The notes beneath the pieces were generated by a model. That model saw nothing but the letters and a program-made list of their open reading frames with translations. It was not told where the DNA came from and ran no database searches. Below, one piece after another: positions 1-11,700 of a stretch of 64,000 nt of DNA. The DNA is taken from positions 62,001-126,000 of the forward strand of contig NMRA01000616.1 of the NCBI GenBank assembly GCA_002633005.1, written 5' to 3'. The DNA comes from Phoronis australis (taxonomy: Eukaryota > Animalia > Phoronida). A program made the translations under genes and the position numbers. Positions within the stretch are counted from its first letter, which is position 1; each line of letters opens with the position of its first letter.

Positions 1-696
1 TGACCAAATTGCACAGGTGCACATGCTCCAATTTTCATACCAACCCTTGAAGTGGTTTGTCCGATAGAGAGGCGGACGCCAAAACAGACTCAAAATAGCC
101 AAAAATGGCCACAAGGTGGCAAACATTACTACAAATCCATCTGAAAACGTGAAGTGTCATCGGCTCTTTAATAGAAACCTATTTGCCAAATTTCATAAAA
201 ATCCGTCAAGAAACTCCAACGACAAACGAAAAAAATCAAGAGGTTGTCATTCGTTGTCACCTTCATAGAAATTCACTTCTGTCCTGCATGGGGTTTAAGA
301 GTTACAACCGCCACTAGGGGGCGCCACAGTACTAAATTGGCGCCGTTCGAGAATCGTTGTCAGGCGTCCTCTCTACCAATGAGACCACATCAGCCAATTT
401 TCATACGAAAACCAGTAGTTTGGTCGATAGAGAGGCAGACGTCAGTAAAAATTACAAAAATCTACAAAAACGCCATTCATTGTTTAACAAAGCAACAATT
501 TTACAAAATACTGTTTAAAGTAAAAATATAATGCCCAGTGACTTCTAGGTTTGTATATATACATTATATGTTTTGAGTTCTGCAATAAATAAATAAATAG
601 ATGAATAAATAGACAGAGAGACAGACATAGATTCATACATACATGCATATTTACATACATCAGTATAGTTCGGTAGCAACCTTTCATTTACATAAA

Positions 697-1032
697 CGTC
701 GTTGAAAACACTAAACCTTTTGTTTGAAAGCTTGATACTGATTCGCTCGCAGTGTCGGAACAATCTCCTTTCTTTACGTGTGCAGCTATGTAGTAAAACA
801 CTGAGAGACATCACAAACAAATTAAAACACTAGCTTTATTCCGAGACTGCATGTCTCATCATCAGGCAATAAATGGAATGAACTTACACGTAGCAAAATA
901 AACAGTGAAAAACACGTGACAGCAGGAAGAGGGGCATACAAGCAGAGAGTGTGAATGCAACCCACAGTAGGAAGCCCACAACCCTACCGAATCAGAGCCA
1001 GCGTGTGGTACACACCTGTAAGGTGCCCATTC
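697..1032 (-). mobile_element. Dispersed repeat (Penelope-terminus/retrozyme-like), inverted copy of 1595-1934
   Basis: About 340 bp reverse-complement similarity to 1595-1934; carries a hammerhead-like motif at about 831-870. Confidence 0.7.
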
Positions 1033-1458
1033 GTGACTGATCAATAGCGATTCTAAAATATTTAGCCGAAATGTGTCATTTTCAACATAGCGAATGATAG
1101 TACTGTCTACTATTTCTTGCCTAGTTTTTTCGGCCATTTTAATGTATATGATCTAGAATGGACACTCCTGCAAGTTCATGGACAACCGTCGCGAGAGAGA
1201 ACACACCGTGTGTCCAATGTAACGCTGCTCACGAGAATGAGGACGAAGACGTTCGTCCATATGACATGTGAATTGGTAAACAACATTACATTTGGCCATT
1301 GGTCGTAATCTTTCACGACTGGGGTTGTTTTCAATGACAAGATGACGTGACTTAGATTCTGATAATAAATGACTACATTCAATCTATCACCAGATTATCC
1401 CTTACACACTACGACACCACGAGCAAATCAGTATCAAGCTTTCAAACAAAAAGTTTAG

Positions 1459-1523
1459 TCCATCCATCCATCCATCCATCCATCCATCCATCCATCCATC
1501 CATCCATCTATCCATCCATCCAT
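1459..1523 (+). repeat. (CCAT)n microsatellite
   Basis: Direct reading. Confidence 0.97.
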
Positions 1524-1594
1524 GCATATACATGTATATATTTCGGCTAAAGATTTTGGATTCACTATTTATCAGTTACGAAAAACCTGTGTTG

Positions 1595-1934
1595 AATGAG
1601 CAGCTCACAGGTGTGTATCACACGCTGGCTCTGTTTCGATAGGGTTGCGGGCTTCCTACCGTGAGTTGCATTCACACGCTGTGCTTTTAAGCCCCTCTTC
1701 CCGCTGTCATGTGTATTTCAATGTTTATTTCGCAATGTATGTGTTCATTCCACTTATTGTCTAATGATGAGACATGCAGTCTCGAAAAATAGCCAGTGTT
1801 TTAATTTGTTTGTTATGTCTCTTGGTGTTTTACTACATTCCTGCACACCTGAAGACAGGAGACTGTTCCGAAACTACTGTACGAGCGTACCAGGATCAAG
1901 CTTGCAAACAAAAAGTCTAGTCGTGTTTTTAACG
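1595..1934 (+). mobile_element. Dispersed repeat (Penelope-terminus/retrozyme-like) with two hammerhead-like motifs
   Basis: CTAATGA-T-GAGAC-atgca-GTCTC-GAAA at 1761-1787 and CTGAAGA-ca-GGA-gactgt-TCC-GAAA-ctact-GTA at 1849-1881. Confidence 0.65.
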
Positions 1935-2652
1935 CGCGAGCGCGCCCGCGCGCGTGTGTGTGTATCACTTTAAAGTAGTAAAAATGACCACTAGGTGGAG
2001 CAAAACACGACGAATTCATCCGAAAAATGAAAGAAGGCGTCGTTTCCCTAATGCATTCATATTGGAAAAATTTAATGGAAATCCGAAGATACAGAGGCAA
2101 ACGTAAAAAAATAAAACTGCCACTAGGGGCACACCGGTAGTCGCATCCGTCCGAAAACTTACTCATTACGTCCCATCTATGAATACCTGCAAACTTTTAT
2201 GAAAACTCATCCATTGATTTCGGAGGTACAACAGCAGATCCTGGACGCTGGACGCACGGATAGGGGTGGTCGCATAACGGGCCCATAGTTAAATATGTGG
2301 GCGCATAAATTGTAGAACTAGAAAAACGCCACAACGTGATTTACTGATCACTTTATTCATTTCCTTTCCACTTTGTCACACTGTAGTGTTTACAGTGCTG
2401 CCGATAAGTTGCGGCATTTTTTCTAAACAGGAAATTCATAACATATAATAATGATTTCGAAACTGCAGAGGCGGCGGCGGCGCTATCAGCAGCAGATGAT
2501 ATTTAATTTTGCAATAGGAGGTTACTTCAATGTCATTTATTACGAAATAAACGGAATATGTCATGTTTCGAGCGTTTTAGGTCGTTCTTGTTTCACACAA
2601 ACTTGAAGCTGGAAATGGTCTAAACTGGATGTTTCATTCATAATTTACTTAC

Positions 2653-2718
2653 CGCAAAAGCAGCATGAGTTCCTGCACCGTCAGCAATGTTCTCGAGGAA
2701 CGTAAGTTCGCCATCCAC
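2653..2718 (-). CDS. M13 peptidase exon 17 (ExxxD third zinc ligand)
   Basis: VDGELTFLENIADGAGTHAAFA; tag/gtaagt boundaries. Confidence 0.93.
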
Positions 2719-5700
2719 CTATGAAATACAACATATCCAAAAACGCGAGTGACCAGTAGGTATATAAGGTAACACAGGAACACGAAGGCTCCGTGTTCGA
2801 GGGAAACTAAGACAAGTTCAGGAAAATGAATTTGTGTACTATTTGTCTACTTATTAAATGTTTGACTGCCCTTATGCAGAACTGGGGCCCGTTCCAACAA
2901 AACTGGCTTCGCTAAGGCAAATCTTTTAGTAAATTTTAAAATAAAAGTTAAATTTGTCTCAAAACCAATTCAACAAAGAGATCTAGGTTTGATTTAAATG
3001 TTTGACAAGTTTTTGTCTTAATTTTGACTAACTTACCAAAATATGTGGAAGTTTCTAATTTTGGAAGTTAAGACAAATCTGTAAACTTAAGTAAAAAATG
3101 AACGACAGTTTCTTGGAACAGACCCCAGGTCTAATGCAATTATGGTTATCATTTTTCACGTTCTTGGTTGTTTGAGCCTCATGTTGTACTTTTATGTTAT
3201 GTGATTTTATTGGAGATCCACTTCCCACATGAATTGTTGGCACACTGGAGTTCTCTTTGTACTCTAATTTATCTCACTTTGATATATTTTGATCAGGAAT
3301 CGGTTTTATTACATTTCCCCGTTTCTTTTCCGATGAGTGCCCCCTCGGCTATCCCATCCCCGCCATTCGGCTGTACGCGTGCTTACACTGACATCAAAAT
3401 TAGCCGTCACGGTAGATGTTTCGACACGATTTCTCGAGCAAAAAGTCATACACGACTTTTCGGTTGAAATACATCCTGTAGAACACGGCCGATGTTTCTC
3501 TGACTATCCTTTGGCAAAGGGCCCTGTTAAACCAAGCCCGTACTCAAAGCGCAGAGCCTGTCCTAAAATCGTGATGGTCGAAACGGGCTGACTGATGACT
3601 GAAACAGACAAATTGGCTAAAACAGGCACTGAAACCGACACGTTCCATAAGTTCTCACACGGACTGTAAGAAGGGTTTACATTTGTTTCTTGATATCCAG
3701 TCAGTTTTAGCTCGCCGGCGTCAAAATTCTTGAAAACGTCATGAGAATAAATTGGGGTTACAGGGTCTTCAGGAGATGACAAACCTAACCACACTGGCGA
3801 TCCTATAGTGCTTAGAAATAAGTAACGATTTTTGAAGGAAATTGTTCGCGTATCGTACTGTCCATGGGGTGGTTCAATCCCCTTGTCACCTACGAATCAC
3901 TACGTGAACCTTCGCCAAAAAAGCCTCTGTGGCATGTTCTGTTAACGCAAGGCATACGCGAGACACTTGCGGTGGGAAGTCCTTGCTTACTATACAACGG
4001 AAATAGTGAATTCTTGACCATAACTGAGCCCACTGTAATATACCTATGTAATATACGAAGTCGTTTACGACAGTCTGAGAGTGTACAGATGCGCAAGCTA
4101 GGCTCGAAGAGAGGGCCAACAGTGCTATATTTAAACTGAAGGCGCTGGAAGTTGTATAAATCAAAATGGCATGGCCAATGCGCCAACTAGTCCCACAAAA
4201 CGAAAAACTGGTAGAAGTCAGTAGATAGCATCTCGGCGGCATCCTTGATACTTAAAATTAGATGACATTTTCATGAAATCTGTTTTGTGAGATGTCCCGG
4301 TTTTCGAGTAATGCGTAACGCTGACGTAGAAAATATTTAGTTAAATCAGTTTTTGGCCACAGTAAGATTAAAATCGGGCGATCGCCGCACAAATAAAAAA
4401 GTTCATGTTCAATCAACGTTTCGTCTATTCATTAGAGATCATCAGGATCATATTTACAAAGGACAGCAAGTGCCAACATACAGCTCAGGTAACATCCATA
4501 AAGTGAAGTGAGAGATACAGTAGTTGGTCATCAGCATAGTTGCAGGGTCATTGAACTCTGCATGTTATATATACATGTATTTAGTATAACGACATGCAGT
4601 TACCATGGACGAATAGAGTCCAACCACTAGAAACACATCATTAGGATGTGCCGGATAGCCTTCTCATGGCTGTTAGGCAGACCTACCTTCTGATTTGGGG
4701 GCGGACGCAAGACCACGTAAGACTTCGTGAGATAACGCCATGTATTACGAGCGGAGCACGTGATTACTCTACCTTTCCTCGCGAGATTCTTCAGGCGTCC
4801 GACCTGTCGTCTGATCGGACGGTAAGTGGAAGTATTATCGTCTGATTATGTTTTTTAAGTTTTTAAAAAAGTTAAAACTTGGCATTTTACCTGCGGGTTT
4901 AACTGCGGCGGATTTCGGCGCTCAGGGTGTATAACCCCATCAAAACGACTAATTCCCACAACACAATACAACCATTATCTGATTATGACCACATCAGAAT
5001 AGGTTGCACTTTTCAAGCTCAAAAGCATGTTTTAAGAGCATGGGCACATCACCAGGAACCCATGTTTGAAACCAATGTTGAAACATATTGTCTAGAATCA
5101 TTTATGGATCCTCTTCGTTAAAAAGCAGTACCAACAAAAAGTACTAGACTCACATGTTTTCCATTGATTTTATAAGACGAATACTGGTTTACTAGGCACG
5201 CTTTCTCACTGTTGAGGATGGAACCTGAAATAAAAAGGAAATAAGCCATGCGGTGTGTCATAAAATACATGAATGACTGCGACAATATTTCTGTTATTAT
5301 TTAAAGCCTTTTTCTAATTTATTAATTTATCATAATTGAAAACGAAGACCATAGCAACTAATGATCAGTAACCGAACTGACTTAGAAGTTCGACTTTATA
5401 AACAATCGACAAAAAGCCAAATGGAATGTTGGACGCATCAACTTCAAGGCGCAGGATCATTAAGCAACTTCAAGCAGGAGTGAGAAGCACCAAGCTCTGG
5501 AAGGACGTAGACTACATGATCTCGTGACAAAGTGAATGCCATAAGAGATTATGTGAGAAAGAAACCAAAAGTCCATTCCAATTTAGGAAGTCAGAAACTG
5601 GGTCAAATTTAGATGTAAAAATTATGCATAACGATCTCAGAATCGTGGACCCGGGTCTAATCTCTTTACTCGAAACTCCACTCGGAAATTAAGCAGTTGC

Positions 5701-8700
5701 TTGTCACGCTTCGAGTAAGCTTACAACATTTGAACTCAAATCATTTGTCACATTTCGAGTCCTGATTCCGATTCGAGTCTGAGATCCTGGACCCAGATCA
5801 AATCCCACACCAAATTCGTGCTTCCAGGAAACAAGATCGTGTCATAGTGATTGACAACTTTCATCACGCAGGCAGTGACAGTAATTGGAAAATGTAGAAA
5901 CTTCAAATTTTTATTTTTTTGAATAATTTTGAAGCCTCTTTGGTTGCACGCATATCTCCGCCTGGTAGCAGTTTTGGGTGGGGAGGGCTGACGCTCAAAA
6001 AGTTCTCTTTTTATCCCCATCGGCAACAGAAAAATGTAAATGGCATCACGTTACAGCATGTTGCCAGATGGCGATAAAAAATTGTCCTTCAAAAGAGCAG
6101 ATTTCGCCAACAAAAAGATTGTTACCAACAGAATGGATAAGTCCAACAGCGCAGTTGGATCATGCCTGCCATAGTTACCATCTAGAAGGGTAAATATATT
6201 GGAAATCTTTTTCAAGCGTACTAAAACAGGTTCTCTGCGATGAGTTTTTGGCCATTGCTTACCGAGACCCATGCCATATCAGTATGATGGGTCCTGGAGA
6301 AGCAAGCAACTGATAAGCGCAGTGGGATATCTACGATGCGGTGCTTAAGTCATTCGCCAGCCCATTGGCATGCCAAGCTTTACGAAAGACAGATAATAAG
6401 TTGTTCGTTGCATTTGGCAATTTATGAAGTAGAGTGTTTATAGCTTAAAATATACTGGAGGAAGTTATTTAATTGACACGTGCTACCGTTGGCAGTTTAA
6501 GGTAGGCTTCAAATCTTTATGTCGTTGGAGAGAGTTAGCAGTAGCTTGTTTGTACGAACATACAACTGGTTCTCACGAGATCATTTCTCTTACACATGTC
6601 CCTTTGGGAGGTCCGTACATTGTCTTTTTACTTGAAAGTATAGATCGGGCAACAGCCAGCATTTAGTTAGAGAAGATACACGCACAGTGGTAAAAATGGG
6701 ACGCAACATCTTTCGAAATAGTCCAAAAAGACCGTATTTGTAATTAATTCAAATGCCATTTATTTATATGCGCTCACAAGGGCATATGTGGGTTCAAAGT
6801 GCCTCTCTGTCTGGATGTCCGGCGAGATTTGGCAGACGTGTTCCGATGAAGATGGCGACAAATAATTCTAATAATGTAATTATTTTTGCACATTTAACAG
6901 CAACTTAACTACATGTGTACTCTTGGTAAATTCCGTACTGTAGTGGGGCGTAGGCGCACGTAGGCGCAGCCAACCACCTTTTGGCATTTGAACGTAGCGC
7001 CTACGCACCGTAAGTTACGCTCAGTGATCAAGTACGTGATACGCGGTAGGCTTTGAGCGCCTACTTACCTCCAATTTTACCACTGCAGCACTGGGTAAAT
7101 TACATATTTTCCATGAAACCTTTTGTATAGCATGTGAAGACCTCAGGATGGCCTATTTTGGAACCATCCTAAGGAAGTCTGGTCAATGCTAATGAGATTC
7201 ACCTCAAACGAATGTCAAAGACCTAAGTTTACCTGTAGGAAATATGTGAGTAATTTCGTGTCCCATGACCATACCTAAAGTCGCAAATTCCAAGGACCTG
7301 TCAACAAAAAGACAATTAAAATAGTACAAATCAAATTACGCATACTTATTTTTGTCTAATTAGAAAGTTTTAACATAAAAGTTGTTGCTGTAAATTTAAA
7401 AGTCAATTACCAGTTTAACTGAAACACTTTGGGCGGATTCTAATGAAAGATTCTGGAAAAAAATATCAATTAACTAATCCAAATAATTTAGGAATGATTC
7501 GAGGCAAGTCAAGAAATAGAAAGAGGCAATAGCTTAACATTTAATTGAAAAAATGCTTTCATCATTACACGCGACAAAGTATGAAATAAGCATGTTCTTG
7601 ACGACATCATACATCGGTAGATATAGATGTAAATAAACCATACCTTCATCTGGCTGCTTGAATCTTACCTGAAATGCGACATTTTGCAAATTCGTGTCAT
7701 TGAAGTTATCAATCGAAGTTTTAACTTTCTTACTTAGGAAATCGCAAGTCATAAAATGGATTCTGTAAGATTCCAGCAGGAATAACAATTTGATGAGATC
7801 TGCCTAAGTAGTACGCGTCTACTTCTTGCGGTGCTAGAAACCAACTGAAAAAGAACGTTTATGCTCAGTTGTCTCGTGATTAAAGCATTTTGGCCATCAA
7901 ATTACAACAAATTCCTGTACATAGCAGTCGGACTCGGGGGGGGGGGGNGGGGGAGGAGCTTGACTAAAAAGAAAAAAACTCCGTTGGCATGCATTCTTAA
8001 ATTTTGCTATAACCTAGAATACGAGGTTAGGTTGCCAAAATGGACTGGCAGTTGGAAAAGCCCCAATAGACATTTAACAAAAAACGTCTGACTATCTGAT
8101 ATAAAGAAAACTTGGAATGACAAGTAAATTATAATGGAACCAGATAGCACTAAGCCGGTGAGGCATCAGAAATACAGAACATCGGGGCACAGGAATTTTC
8201 AGCCTGAACCCGTTGGTACGGGAGTACACGAAGCATAGAAAACAACGGTAGTCTACCAGGGAACACTGGGACATGGGTATATCAGCTGGGGAATGGGGAG
8301 GGGGGGATGAGGAGAATATAGGACTGTGCCCGAAAAAATCAAGAACTGAAGTTAAAATGATCTATTCGTGTGTTATTGAAACTGTTTTATAAGTTTGTCC
8401 ATTTTGTGTTTTACATAAGTAGTTGACTATTATACAAAAAAGATAAAATCTACCTGCCTGTAAGTGCCCTCAAATGGAACATACTTCATAAGTTGACCAA
8501 AAGCTAACAATGTGGGGAATGGACTAAAATGTGGTTGGTGATAATAATGACATTGTGATTGTACATGTGTTTATCATGCTAAGAATCAACAGCGTGCAGA
8601 ATATAAAAAACAGTGGTATATATGCCATCAAATAAGATTAGTGACGGCCCTTGATTGAAGAGCAGAAAGTACAACTTTGACCCAAACGAAGAGATAAAAA

Positions 8701-11700
8701 TCACTGTTGTGAAAACAGCAAATAAAACACTTACCCCTGTAACTTTTTAAAATTCACTGATTGCTTGTATCTTTTCTAATTGATGTCAACAGAACTGGAA
8801 AGCTGCAGTTTCTCGGTATAAGTTTCTATTTATCATCATTCAGTATGTCAGTGAATATGACATTGGGAACTTTCTCAATTTCTGAGCTCCTGATTGGCTT
8901 AAACGACAACACCACCTCTTGCTACATAATGGTATGATAGGAAAGCCAAAAATCTACTTTTTCCAAATTTGTGCTACTTTTCGAACATCAGATATCTAGA
9001 GATAAATCTAAACACAAAGGAAAAATGAAGTTGCTACCCTGACATGGTCACAGGATGAAAAGAAAGAGCTAAGGCCCACAGCCTACAAGCACCCTTGCTG
9101 GAATATTGCTTCAACAGAAATCTCAGTAAAACGTTATTTTCTCGCTGTGGTGAATTGAGGGTAGTTGTCAAAAACAATCCTGATATAAACGGTATGATTG
9201 TAAAAGTGATTTCTATTGAAAAGTTTTGGTTTTAACAGGTTTTACTCTCACTGCCACTTACATGAAGAAAGTGCGTGGCATGATTTATTTACTCTGCCTA
9301 ATCTAATATCCAAAATGGTGGTCGAATCCGTGGACTTGTGCCTAACGTTACAGTACACGTGATTCCAGCATAAAGAAATTCGCGAATAAATGACCTGACC
9401 CAACAACGATTATTTCAAAATCACCTTTCCTTGTTCGGCGTTTTCTCAAGGAATCGTGTTGCTTGTTGCTCATTGTCATACCTCAAGGAGTTCACAAAGT
9501 TCTGGAACAACTGAACTTTGGAAATGTTGAGCTGAAACATAGAAAATTAATTATTAAATTAAAGCGTGAAAGCTTCTCATTTCTGGTCACTACAATAGAA
9601 ATAAATGAATAAGAGGGCATACATGTACCTATCAACTCGATTGGATTCTCTTGTCAACACTTATTCTGACTCAGTTAATGTTACCATGATTTGGGCTGTG
9701 TGACATCACTACTAGGGTCGGTGAATAAGATTGGCTGAGCAGGCCTCATTGTACATTGGGGGACTTGCACATTATATTCGGAACTAGGATCGCTAAGAAA
9801 GTGAGTAGTTCCCGTCGCCAGCTTCTAGTGTGTTTGCTGTGTACTGTGACCATTGTGCATCGTTGTTTTTCTCGGAACCTACTTGTGGATTTGTCAGTGA
9901 CAGCTATTGGTAAAACCAATTGACAATGACCTTTGGAGAAAACTGCTACCGTTATACAGTACTATTGCTGTTAACACGTCTTTGAGTTGTACGTTATTAT
10001 ATTTCGGAACCATGTGCTAATTGTGCCATAATATATGTACATGTACTCGCGACACGACACAGTTGTGAAATAAGGATTATAGAATATGGTTATAGCTGTG
10101 TGGGTAATGCAATGGTCATCTCTGATATCGTAATTTCGTTGTGACAGTGCAAATTCGGCAGCGCACGTGGGTCGCTCGGGATCAGCTACCGAATTTAGAT
10201 AAATCCAACATTCTTGGTTACTTTCGAAGCACCCCCTATTTTACAGGTGCCCATAAACACTCTGTAGCTTTTCATTTCATAGCAGAAAATTTCAGCAGTA
10301 ATCGTTGTCATTGAGAATAAATGACTTTTTATGAATGCGTAAAATGGTCAACTTACCGACTCGTATTGATGTTCAATCTGTTTAGGGTCTTTGATGTAAG
10401 CTGGATATCCTAACATAGTATTGACTGACTCGATCTACATTGAAAAACAAAACATCTTGCACAGTGTCGAGAAAACGTTCTGAGCATTACAGTCATAGGC
10501 GCTATAACCGACTTTCGTATACGATAGTCAAATCACTGTCCAGTCACGGTGGTGGTTGTATACGAAGTCGCACAATTTCGTTTACAAACTTGGATGCCAC
10601 CGTCGGACTGCTTAGATAATATTCTCGTACATGTATTGTACTAGCCAATGGGCCCAGAGTTAATATTGTAAGGACAAGTCGTCAGTACTTTCACCTTGAA
10701 ATTTACTCTTCTTCGTGGACGACTATGTAAAATAGTTCTAATTTTGAAAGAGTTGCACATTTTCTGTAAAAGCGACAAAAACCTGTTTGCATGAATTTTT
10801 CAAACAATTTCCAGGGTTCTGCACAAAATAATTAAATTACTGAGGATTTTATGAGCCACGTGTAAAATAGAATCACGAAAATTTATATGTTCTATTTATT
10901 TTGAAAAAATGACATAAAAATAATCCTTTGGCTTGTATATGATTCATTTTGTATTGATTTTGACTAAAATGAAGCCAGAAGGGTATGCATTCTTTTACAA
11001 AATTAAATTACACCAGAAACATGCGAGGCGGTCCGATGCCTAAATCCCAGCTAACGAGGGCAGACCAGACAGATTACGTCAATTACACAAAACACCTGAT
11101 TTGAAACTCTTGTGAAAATTCTCTTCCTGAGAGAGTTTCAAAAAGTCTGAAGCCATACAGGCCACTTTCATCTGTTGCTTGGCATTTGTTACTGTTCACA
11201 GATGGTGTCCACAGATACTCATATTTCCGCTTATATTGTCACCTCACTGAACTTTCTACCCAGACGGACAGTGGTTTCCCATGCAGCGCAAGTCTGGTCA
11301 TCGCGATTTCACTTCCAGGTTAACAAGGCAACTTTTATGACAAATGCCACGACTGAAAACACATTTTCCATGAGCAAGACCAGTTGCGGGAATAGATGGT
11401 TGGGGCCAATACTTCATTAACTTTATTATAGACCAGCTTCACAAACAATTTCAATAAAACTTTTTTACATGTACACTGTATAACATTGAAATGGTGGAAC
11501 ACTGCAATTAAAAAAAAAAACATCAACTTAAGAGCACGTTAAAATTTGTAGTTTGGAAAACGTTCATCAATTATTCGCTGCCGTGTTTCATATATTAACT
11601 ATCACTATTACCATAATTACTTTCTCCTTTATTTTTTTACATTTTCAGGGCTCTCAGCCAAATTGTATAGAAAGTATTATTGAAGCATTGTACACGCAAA

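Noticed and set aside
1-2652. Remaining C-terminal M13 exons
   Set aside because: No LPGL/QLFF or HSP..R-like exon was found; the region is repeat-derived, so they are presumed to lie beyond base 1.
5720-6350. Coding-like stretch (similar ones at about 11100-11420, 15100-16130, 46800-47280 and 59130-59500)
   Set aside because: No recognisable motif or splice structure; probably old transposon debris, and nothing supportable without a search.
7534-7788. 84-aa ORF as a peptidase exon
   Set aside because: It overlaps exon 14 in the wrong frame and has no M13 similarity.
8092-8274. ORF with MPHRLSAIWFHYNLLVIP resembling the VNAYY/VFP region
   Set aside because: No usable donor and it ends in a stop; the real exon is 7734-7844.
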